64,000 bases of DNA from Gemmatales bacterium (GTDB taxonomy: Bacteria; Planctomycetota; Planctomycetia; Gemmatales; HRBIN36), in assembly GCA_041640595.1 (NCBI GenBank), contig JBEPZY010000002.1, forward strand, positions 340,651-404,650. The letters are read 5' to 3'. Below, in pieces: positions 55,650-64,000 of the stretch (positions within the stretch are counted from its first letter, which is position 1; the number at the start of each line of letters is the position of its first letter). The position numbers were made by a program, and so were the translations under genes. The notes below the pieces were generated by a model. That model was given only the letters and a program-made list of their open reading frames with translations, ran no database searches and was not told the origin of the DNA.

Positions 55650-58181
55650 TTATCTAGGTACCAGCCAATTCAGCTGCATATCCTCCACTTCATACCTAGC
55701 CCAAAACCATTTTCCTGCTACCTTTTTCACTTTTCCGGTCACGTAAAATCCAAATTGCTTTTCGCATAGTTGTTGAGTGTTTGGGTCTTCGAACTTGACT
55801 TTGCCAAAATAACCAACGTTTACATATCCATCTCCTGGTCTATAAGCAAGCACAACTGTGACATAACTTCCTCGCTCGTTTTCGAAGGTTTGGCAATAAA
55901 GCTTTACGTCTTTTTCAAGCCAGAGTTGCCAGAGACGCTTGACAATGTCGGTCGCTTGGTCTATCCGCTCCTTAGTTTCAACTATCCGTCTTATTATGTC
56001 CATACCTTTCGATTGCAAGATTAGCTGCTTGAGACGGTCTGTAGCCTCTTGCTGCAGGTCTTTAAAAAGTTCCAGCGCGCCTTCCGTAATGTGCGTATTG
56101 TGAAACCTATCAACCAAAGCCAGAGCATTCAATCGAACGAATTCCATCTCGGTTTGTGGGACGGCAGTATCCTTATTCCTATGTCGTATGTATCCGCCCA
56201 CCCGGCTCAGGATCTGGTTAATTTCACTGCGCCAGTCCCAAATGGAGTTATTCGATACCAAGTTGTTTGGCGCAACGAATACTCGCCAAATCAGGTGGCG
56301 TTCATCTACGGAGGCGGTGTCGCGCACCCGCAGCTCAACATGATATTCCATATAACCAAGCTCGGAATAATCGTGATCTGTAGGTGGCCACTGCGGAGCC
56401 GTCGCAGGGTCAACTATAGTACCCGCGATTCGGCCCGTCGCTGCATCTATAATAAGCTGAGGGGGCAGATTTTCGGCCTCGAAGATCCAATCCGCATCGT
56501 CGCGGGCGGCCGTCGGAACCACCGCATCTATCTCCTCGCCCATCCAGGTCTCCACCACCAAGCCGTCTTCTAACAATATACGAGGATTGTCGAGGATCGT
56601 CCAGGTGAAGGTTCTCAGCTCAGCGTCGGGAATTGTTTCAACTTCTACCTGATATCCTACCTCCGGCTGAGCGGGTGAAGCATTCCGGTAAGCCACACGG
56701 CCTCGCAAAGCTCCGTTCTGTGCGTCCCAGACAATTCCTTGCGGTAGATTGGCAAAACGATACTCCACCGGTTGCCCAGAAACATTCTCGCCCGGCAGTT
56801 CAATGTACACCTCCTCGCCCTCTAAATTAGTCAGGTTCGGCGGTGCCGACCACCAGTCCTTATCCTGGACTGTCCAGGTGACCGTCCTCATATCCTCGCT
56901 CTCGCCATCAGTAACGCGAATGTTTATAATGAATTCCCTCACTCCTTCTATAGGGCCAACATTGCGATAAGAAACCGTTCCAGTAATGCGTCCTGTCGCC
57001 GAGTCTATTCTTAGACCCCGGGGCAGGTTATCCGCGGCATACGTCAAGCTGGCTCGCGTCGCGTCTTCCGCATTTATTTTCACATTTATATAGTCGCCTT
57101 CGCTGATAATAACATCCGGCACAACAGGAATCCTGTTCGTATCCTCAACCTGCCACCGGAACGTCTTGCTCTCCATACCTGTCCCGTCGTTCACGAAAAT
57201 GGTGACTTCCAAGGATCGGGCGTGACCATTGCTGGCAATGTTAGCGTAACTGACATAGCCATACACCAGCCCCGAGTTTGCAAAGTATTCCAGACCCAAT
57301 GGCAATCCCGAATAATGGATTACCAAAGTCTCCCCATCCATCCTGGCGACTGGGGGTATCCAGAAAATAAAATCGCCCTCCCTTGAAACTTGGTCAGATA
57401 TAGACCCTAACCTAGATGTGTCCCTAATCGTCCACGTGCAACTATCGCTTTGGAAACTATTCCCATCGCCTTCTTTGGTAACGGTGATAATAACATGAAA
57501 ATCCACCGGTGGGGCGTTGCTGGCCACATTACTGTAGGCGATATAACCTTGCAGATAGGCACCCGGTTCTCTGCCATCTTCTGCAACCTCAACATAGACA
57601 ACGTCAATGCCGTCCGGCAGACCGGTTACTGTATAGCTAAGCGCATTGCCTTGATCATCTACCAGTGGCCCAATATAGATGCTAACATAATCCCCCTCGG
57701 CATTATATAGATGCCAAGTGTTGTCGCTATTTCCCCAGGACTCTCCACCGCCATCACTGTCGTTCGTTCCCGGAAGTGGTTCATCCAAGTTCGGATTATC
57801 CTGGATGAGCCAGTTGAAGCTGATCGTTGAGGTGTCACCGTCGGCCTGGTTGACGACAGTGATAGTAACCCACAGGTTGACCTGGGGTTGTTCCGCAGTG
57901 GCAATGTTAGAATCTATCGTGCCACTAATAACGCCGATGCTGGAGTCTATACTTAGGCCAGCGGGAAGATTATAGGCACTAAACATCAAGGGGGCCTGGC
58001 TGTTCAGGCCGGCATACGCAGAACCCCAAAGCGATTGCAGGTCAAGATAGACATAGTCGCCTTCGCTATTAGATTGGTCGCCAGGACTAAGCAAGATATA
58101 GTCCGTATTGCGGATGGTCCATGTCGCCGATGTCGAGGCGGTCTCAACACCGTCGCTGACGGTCAGGGTGATGGTATATTC
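55650..58181 (-). pseudogene. 5'-truncated putative-Ig (He_PIG-like) repeat protein with unknown ~200-aa C-terminal domain (orphan cassette)
   Basis: Six (N/G)LPxGLxID..TGxIxG-type repeats; the frame stays open upstream of the TTG at 58094 to a stop at 58182-58184 and begins mid-repeat (EYTITLTVSDGVETASTSATWTI). Confidence 0.75.
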
Positions 58182-58345
58182 CTAGGTAGCCACTAATATC
58201 CACTCAATGATGGCGTACGCTTAGGCCATTGACCGCTGCTTCCTTTGAATGGGGAATGTAGAGGGTGCGTTACAAGGCTCCTGATTTGCTGCTATGGCAA
58301 AAGCGTGCCGAAGATGCGTGCAGGTGGGATCATTGTCTCACAGTT

Positions 58346-59437
58346 TCATTCTTTCATACGCTGCCAAGGTTCACCCGTCCGCACATCTAAGAGCATAATA
58401 CTGTCAAAGACAATGCCGTCGCTGCCCGTCCCTACGGCAACCACGAAGTCGCCTGGTTTGAGGCTGCAACCACTGCAACTCCACGACTTAGACCATACAA
58501 CTTTCAAACGCTTGAGATCGTACAACGTGACTAGATTGGAATTCCAGACCACCATATAGGAATCCATCCCAGAACAAAGCACCTCAATAGCCGCGCGGTG
58601 ACTGATACCCTGAATTAGTGTCGAGCCAAGAACTTTGCCCTTTCGCCAATCCCACCATCGAAGTTCTCCAGTAAAATCCAACGCAAGCAGAACCCGATCA
58701 TCTGGTGTAAACGCTAACGCGGTGATACAGTCGTCTCCATCTGCCAGGCCGTCAGCAGTGAGCTTTCCCGTGCGTAGGTCGAGGACGTCTATTAGTTCCC
58801 CGTCCGATATAGCGAGATAGGCCCCATCATGAGAAAACGCACTTACCGGATAAGGCGGCCCAGGCATGCTCGTGCGATGCTCCTTGATTACCCGGCGAGT
58901 GCTGATATCTAAGACGACACAACTGATACCTTCCCAATTCTCAGTACGAGCGACGACAGCTGCGTATTTGCCGTCGGGAGATAGAGATAGTCGAAAGGCC
59001 GCGCGTCCACGCCATACAATCTCCGGCTGCGCGTGATTATCTCTTATAAGGATTGAGTAAAGCTTTCCTTCTGGGGTAAAATACAGCAATTGTCCCCGCG
59101 ATTGGGGCACCCAGGCGAACCCACAACGCTGTGCCCGCTCAGCATAGCGTTTCTCAAGCACGCCGGCCCGTGGGCCATTCCGGACTTCATAGTATTGATC
59201 CAGCACAATCTCTCTGACCGGTCGCCAGTTGCGTGTGTCACACACGAGAACAGTTCTATAGAGCGTATCACCGAAACGGCGTGTGGTTGTCATAGCTAAA
59301 TATTCGCCGTCTTCTGAAAATCTCGGATCACTTATCCACTCTCGGCGAAGAAACCAGAGACAGGAGTCGTTTCCAAAAATGATTGGCTCTTTATAAAGGA
59401 GCGCCATTGCCAAATATATAGCATATGCGATCGCCAT
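58346..59437 (-). CDS. exported WD40/beta-propeller protein (partner of cassette 59506-60006)
   Basis: AGGAG RBS before ATG 59437; FSEDGEYLA, LSPDGKYAA, FSHDGAYLA, ITALAFTPD...LRWWD. Confidence 0.82.
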   Translation of the reverse strand: MAIAYAIYLAMALLYKEPIIFGNDSCLWFLRREWISDPRFSEDGEYLAMTTTRRFGDTLYRTVLVCDTRNWRPVREIVLDQYYEVRNGPRAGVLEKRYAERAQRCGFAWVPQSRGQLLYFTPEGKLYSILIRDNHAQPEIVWRGRAAFRLSLSPDGKYAAVVARTENWEGISCVVLDISTRRVIKEHRTSMPGPPYPVSAFSHDGAYLAISDGELIDVLDLRTGKLTADGLADGDDCITALAFTPDDRVLLALDFTGELRWWDWRKGKVLGSTLIQGISHRAAIEVLCSGMDSYMVVWNSNLVTLYDLKRLKVVWSKSWSCSGCSLKPGDFVVAVGTGSDGIVFDSIMLLDVRTGEPWQRMKE

Positions 59438-59505
59438 GTTGGTCTCCTGTGATGGTTGGTTCCATATCTTTTCCTGTCCAGACACTTCTGAAGTTGTCCC
59501 GAATT

Positions 59506-60006
59506 CTAGTTCCAGCCCCACTCCGGCTGCGGTTTAGCCTTGGGAGGCGGCTTGAGGGTACCTAAATGTTCGTATGCGATCCGAGACGTGCCATCGGGCT
59601 GTGTATAGTACACCTTCACTTGTACGAACCAACGCGTGCCATCCCATATCGGTGCCACCAGGTTGGCTTGTAATGTAGCAGTACCACTCAACGGCCCATT
59701 CGGCTTCCAGTCTAAGTCTGGCTGCCCGCCGCCTATCGCAACGCGGGTAATTGCACTTCCATTTGGCACGGCTTGAAGCGTGACCGAAAAATTGTCACCC
59801 TTATTACCAGGAATCGCCACAGGATTCAGGACGACCTTGCCCCGGAGTGGGCGTGGCGCCTGCCGGGCAGGTCTACCCGGTAATTGCATCGCCAGAAGAT
59901 TAGCTACATTGAGCGGCGGTGGCCCGACTTGCCGTTCGCCTTCCGGCGGTTGTTGCAGCATCTGCGTACGGGCGGATTGGTAAGTTGGCTGGACCTTTAC
60001 TTGCAT
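59506..60006 (-). CDS. orphan C-terminal cassette: QMLQQPPEG junction plus beta-rich tip
   Basis: YQSARTQMLQQPPEG matches the 61426-62358 cassette at protein and DNA level. Confidence 0.72.
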   Translation of the reverse strand: MQVKVQPTYQSARTQMLQQPPEGERQVGPPPLNVANLLAMQLPGRPARQAPRPLRGKVVLNPVAIPGNKGDNFSVTLQAVPNGSAITRVAIGGGQPDLDWKPNGPLSGTATLQANLVAPIWDGTRWFVQVKVYYTQPDGTSRIAYEHLGTLKPPPKAKPQPEWGWN

Positions 60007-60242
60007 TTTGGTTCAATCAAGTACGCCATTATTCTGTAAGACCCTAGCCTGTATCTTTATGATTCGAAGGCCATCTGCTGGACATCCAGTCATTTATCTG
60101 GTCTTCAGAGAAGTCCCCAGACCTGCGGTTCAGTCCCTTAGCACTACCTTGACCTGCCGAATCCATGCTTTACATTGTTCTCGCCTTGGGGACATTTTTG
60201 TCAAGTATTCGTCAAAATAGACCTAAATAACGCATTAGGGTT

Positions 60243-61361
60243 CTATCGTCGCAGAACAACTGGCTTAGCACTCCATTGTCTGGTCACCACGTCTATGCTT
60301 CGCAGTTGCAATCCGGCCTTGGATTGAATTAGCAGAGCACCCAGGTCTCCACGTTGATTTGTTGTGAACCGAGAAATCGCGCCCTCATCCGCCACCTGCT
60401 CTCTGAAAGAATGAGACCAGACCGGGCGAATAGTGGCTCCACACTCCAAAATTACAACATCCCGATCATCGTATAGTATTAACTGCGGTTTGTCGCCCTT
60501 TCTCAAGTACCGGAGATCAAGTGCGCCCCGAGGCGACAGCTCCACCGTTCCTAGTTCTGTACGATTTCCTAGGTCAAAAAAGTGTATAGTACCGTTGCGG
60601 TGCGAGCCGGCCAACGTCTTTCCGTCAGGGCTGAACGCTAAAGAGAAGTAATCGCCACTTGAATCCGCTTGCGACGCCAGTTCCATTGCTCCTTGGTGGG
60701 GCGCGGCTAAGTTGTAGATGAATATAGAATCGTAATCTGTAACTGCTAGCAGGTTGGAACAATCAGAGAAGCTACACGCCGGAGGTATTTGCGAGCGCAC
60801 AGAAAGGCTATTAATATGCAACACTTGTTTCCTAGAAGCAACCTCTAAAACCTGGACCCTGTAATCTTCTCCCGCCGCGTCCCAGGACACTAACGCCAAA
60901 TACTTGCCGTCTCGACTATATACCAATCTAATAACGGGCAAATTTAGGGAATCAACCATGACCCGTGCCTTTTGATTTTTTAGATCAACTTGCCAGAGGC
61001 TTTTTCTCTTCGATCCGTAAACGAGTGTATCAGGATTAGCCGGGTCCCATTCCAGGCCGACCAGACACTTTCCCTGGTGAACATCAACCGCGTCCTTGAA
61101 TATGCATTCCCCTGTCGTCGTGGAAAATACCAAAACTGTTAAATCGGTTACAGAAGGCAATTCTTGCCCTTGCTTGTGCTGCCACAAGGACTCGACAACG
61201 GCTAACAGCTTCCCGTCCTGGGACAGCTTAGGAAAATCAAAGAAACGCAGTTCAGCTTGTCTGCTGAATAGAGCACACCCATCTTGACTAAAGTTCAATC
61301 CTAGCCAGACGCCACAGGCCACCACATAGGCGCAGCATCGGATAATCGGGGTCATACGCAT
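60243..61361 (-). CDS. exported WD40/beta-propeller protein (partner of cassette 61426-62358)
   Basis: Signal-like N-terminus; LSQDGKLLA, YSRDGKYLA, SLAFSPDGKTLAGSHRNGTIHFFD. Confidence 0.84.
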   Translation of the reverse strand: MRMTPIIRCCAYVVACGVWLGLNFSQDGCALFSRQAELRFFDFPKLSQDGKLLAVVESLWQHKQGQELPSVTDLTVLVFSTTTGECIFKDAVDVHQGKCLVGLEWDPANPDTLVYGSKRKSLWQVDLKNQKARVMVDSLNLPVIRLVYSRDGKYLALVSWDAAGEDYRVQVLEVASRKQVLHINSLSVRSQIPPACSFSDCSNLLAVTDYDSIFIYNLAAPHQGAMELASQADSSGDYFSLAFSPDGKTLAGSHRNGTIHFFDLGNRTELGTVELSPRGALDLRYLRKGDKPQLILYDDRDVVILECGATIRPVWSHSFREQVADEGAISRFTTNQRGDLGALLIQSKAGLQLRSIDVVTRQWSAKPVVLRR

Positions 61362-61425
61362 GAGAGTCCCCCCAGAAATTGGACCCGTTAATTCTATTCG
61401 CTCACCAGCCTCGTGTCTTGACGAG

Positions 61426-62358
61426 TTATGGCCTTCGGATTATCTGTCCATAGCCAAATTGGATGGAACCATCGGGTGCCATGATTGTGACTTTGACGTC
61501 CCAGCCCCAGGTATTTCGTGGAAAGTCGGGAAAATACCTACCTAAGTCCACAGCAGGTCCAAGCCCATTCCCCTGCACTGTCACTTGTATTTGTCCTTGT
61601 CCCTGTCCGTTGAGTTTAACGCCCCTGGGAAAATTGAAGTGCGCCTGGTTTGCACCGGTTATATTGACATCTATGATTTCCCCTCCAGGCACTCCGAGGC
61701 TTATGCTGATATTATAATTTTCGCCTGCTCGACCTGTGCCTGTCCCTGGATTTATTGTCACTTTCGCCCTCGGTATCCTCTTGCGTTGCTGAGCAACCAT
61801 TACCACCGATGCTAGCGCCTCACCAAAAACCGGCTGGGGTTCCTGATTACGCGGACCTTCCGGCGGTTGTTGCAGCATCTGCGCGCGGGCGCGCTGATAG
61901 GCGTCCCAGGCTTCGGTTTCCCTCTCCGTCCAGTCTCGCAGGGCGTTGTTGCGAGCTGTCTGGAATGCCGCTTCCAGGATTTGCCGTGTGTGCCCCAGTT
62001 GGAAGTTGAGTTCGTCCAAGCGTTCTAAATATTGATTCCAGGCCTGCGAATCCGCCTGTATATAGGTGGACTCCGCCGCATTCATCGCCGCCTGCCATTC
62101 ATCATACGCCGCCTGCACTGCCTCTGCTCGCGCCGCTCCCGCCTGATCTAATGCAGTGTAGTATGCGGCGTAAGCCTCCGCCTCTTCATTAGCGTATTGC
62201 TCGTCTTGATACGAGTCTGCCAATCGCGCATCCCGCCTGGCTGCCGCCTCTGCATAGGCCTGGTCGCGCATGGCAGTGGCATACGCAATAGCATTGTCTA
62301 AGTCTTGCTGAGCTTGCTGATACGCCGCATAACCACCGGCATCATCGGCATGTTCCCG
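61426..62358 (-). pseudogene. 5'-truncated Ala/Tyr/Gln-rich helical stalk plus QMLQQPPEG junction plus beta-rich tip (orphan cassette)
   Basis: Frame open 29 codons upstream of ATG 62271 (REHADDAGGYAAYQQAQQDLDNAIAYATA) to TAG at 62359-62361, with the same composition as the ORF body. Confidence 0.72.
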
Positions 62359-62422
62359 CTAGCTGTGGCGCCGATAGCACCGATCCTATGGCGGATCCAA
62401 AGCCCACGACGGAACGGATTTG

Positions 62423-62785
62423 TCACTGCCTTTGTCCTTGGATTCTGGCCAGATACTCGCGGAATCGCTCCAGCACATGCTCCAGCCAGCCTATTGCAGT
62501 GTAGCCGTCGGCGCTGGGAAGATAATGAACACCCATGCTCTCGACCGGGTACCAATCATCTTTCTCTGGATGCTTCGATAAATACTCACGTGAAAAAGCT
62601 AAGTATTCTTCCAGCTGGTTGAGCACCTTCTGGACGTACTCCGGGCTGGTGTTGCTCAAGAACGCGTCTATCGCGCCTTCGGGTGAGCCGTAGTCGTCCA
62701 TAAAATCTTCGTGGAAATAGCCACCAAAAAACTGCCACAGTTCTGGCCATCTGTTTGTGCAATAATCATCAAGGCGCATTTCCAT
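62423..62785 (-). CDS. CdiI-like immunity protein (partner of the RNase A-fold toxin)
   Basis: WPELWQFFGGYFHEDF...AIDAF...WLEHV; AAGGAG RBS; directly downstream of the toxin; no signal peptide. Confidence 0.85.
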   Translation of the reverse strand: MEMRLDDYCTNRWPELWQFFGGYFHEDFMDDYGSPEGAIDAFLSNTSPEYVQKVLNQLEEYLAFSREYLSKHPEKDDWYPVESMGVHYLPSADGYTAIGWLEHVLERFREYLARIQGQRQ

Positions 62786-62813
62786 GCTCCTTGCATTTCA
62801 CCTTAATTCCAGT

Positions 62814-64000
62814 CTAAGGATCAATATATGCAGTTTGAATTCTGAAGCCTAACGCAGATTTCGAATCCCTAAACAGCACAACTCTAACCTTATGTCCCCC
62901 CTGCAGCTGGCTAGCACCCCTGGCAAGCACCTGCCCAACAGGTTCTGAGAATTGTGTTTGGAGGGCCAGTGAGCGAGCCTCCTGGCCGGTTTGGCGCAAC
63001 CAATCGGCAATTTTGTCAGCATGTGCCTCCAGGACTCGGGCGATGTAATTCTCCGCTTCGTCCAGTGAACGAAAAGTACTGACTGTCGGAAGGTTTGGCT
63101 CTGCTTCCAAACGCTGGAGCAACTCCCTCAGGGACTTGCCCACGTGTTTTGAGATGGTATGCCCGCCAAGACTCTCGTGATAGAGTAAACCACTTTCATG
63201 CCCAAAAAATCGTTTGAGCCACTCCTTTTTGAGCTGGCCTGGTGTAGTGAACAGACGCCGGGAGAACATGAAACGATCTTCTAGCCCGGCGGGAAGCCGT
63301 GGCCCAACTCGGGTGCCGAGTATCACATTTCCATCTCCGGCTATCACCCACCGCCGACTGGCGTTAGCAACGTCGGAGGCGCTTTCCAGCGTCAGGGCTC
63401 CAGCACCCTTGCCTGCCGCTGATACGACAGATCCTTCGCCAGCAAGCAGCAAGTGGCGGGTGGGAGCAGTAAGGTCGTAGGCACGATGCAGGGTTATCGC
63501 TTTAGCACTGGAGTAAAAACCTGCACCCATGGATAGTCCTATATCTGTATATATGGCTGCCCTTTCAGCATGCTCAGGTGGCAGCACGAACTCGTAGCCG
63601 TAGCGCAACGCGCTCTGGGTAAACGTCTCGCGGTCCTTCCCATCTAGCATATTGCACCAGCCAGTGCGCAAGTTGTCCCAACCGTGAAACACCAGAAATG
63701 TCCCTGCGCCTTTCGTCGTCAGGCTCGGGTCAGGCGAAAGTATAAGTCCAGCTCCTCCAACCACTTCCAACGCACCTCCAACCATCATTAGTCCGTTTAC
63801 CACGTACCGGCGAATCCACGCCCGTACTCCCCCTGACTGGGCCGGCGTCGCACTTATCACTAAACTCATACCTATGGGGTAATAATCAATGTGCGAGTTA
63901 GAATCCTGCTCGCTAGTAGTATTCTGACTGCATGAAGTTTGCGCATGACCAAAGCTATCCTGGACAGGTAACAACAAATCCGCGGTCGGCATCTGCGACT
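62814..64000 (-). CDS. polymorphic toxin C-terminus: Gly-rich hydrophobic pre-toxin segment plus bacterial RNase A-fold (CdiA-CT-like) domain; frame open at the window edge
   Basis: GGALEVVGG...PDP..TTK...HGWD pre-toxin motif; HESLGGHTISKHVGKS...LLQRL...STF...PVG...VRVVL...IQTAY. Confidence 0.86.
   Translation of the reverse strand, partial: SQMPTADLLLPVQDSFGHAQTSCSQNTTSEQDSNSHIDYYPIGMSLVISATPAQSGGVRAWIRRYVVNGLMMVGGALEVVGGAGLILSPDPSLTTKGAGTFLVFHGWDNLRTGWCNMLDGKDRETFTQSALRYGYEFVLPPEHAERAAIYTDIGLSMGAGFYSSAKAITLHRAYDLTAPTRHLLLAGEGSVVSAAGKGAGALTLESASDVANASRRWVIAGDGNVILGTRVGPRLPAGLEDRFMFSRRLFTTPGQLKKEWLKRFFGHESGLLYHESLGGHTISKHVGKSLRELLQRLEAEPNLPTVSTFRSLDEAENYIARVLEAHADKIADWLRQTGQEARSLALQTQFSEPVGQVLARGASQLQGGHKVRVVLFRDSKSALGFRIQTAYIDP

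Larger units (their letters stand above)
53637..64000 (-). other. AT-richer polymorphic toxin/effector cassette island (continues past the window end)
   Basis: Abrupt compositional change after mgtE; all genes on the minus strand; alternating truncated large-protein C-termini and small partner genes. Confidence 0.82.

Noticed and set aside
53456..64000. Island as a prophage, integron or DGR
   Set aside because: No integrase, attC-like sites, phage genes, reverse transcriptase or adenine-specific TR/VR pair seen; the 28-bp shared segment is identical rather than A-mutated.

Overview
GC-rich bacterial chromosomal window, most likely from a planctomycete (inferred from a DUF1559 prepilin-like gene, several 'LE(P/Q)LEDR'-type exported proteins, an ELWxxDGT giant protein and TIGR03067-like proteins). 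The backbone carries housekeeping genes: alaS, panC, argJ, trxA, a CnoX/YbbN-like protein, a parvulin PPIase, an RlmI-like methyltransferase, an M42 peptidase, mgtE, an APC permease, DedA, SDR and Fur. Three things stand out. (1) From ~53.6 kb to the window end, a visibly AT-richer, all-minus-strand array of polymorphic effector/partner cassettes. It comprises an RNase A-fold CdiA-CT-like toxin with a CdiI-like immunity gene; two 5'-truncated cassettes sharing an identical 28-bp junction (QMLQQPPEG), each ending in a divergent beta-rich tip followed by its own exported WD40 propeller; and a truncated putative-Ig-repeat cassette with an unknown tip followed by small exported proteins. (2) A stand-alone BrxL-like AAA+/Lon gene with an intact Ser-Lys dyad, apparently in an operon with a membrane-anchored HhH-TerB-J-like protein, with no other BREX gene in the window. 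(3) Six intergenic mosaics built from a 26-bp covarying palindrome (CCACGGcgGGCTnACGCCcgCCGCTC) and a shared, shuffled library of 60-100 bp linker modules, most flanked by locus-specific ~65-74 bp-period tandem repeats, one of which has CRISPR-like geometry. I recognised no tRNA, rRNA, cas or transposase gene. All family assignments come from motif recognition by eye, not database searches.
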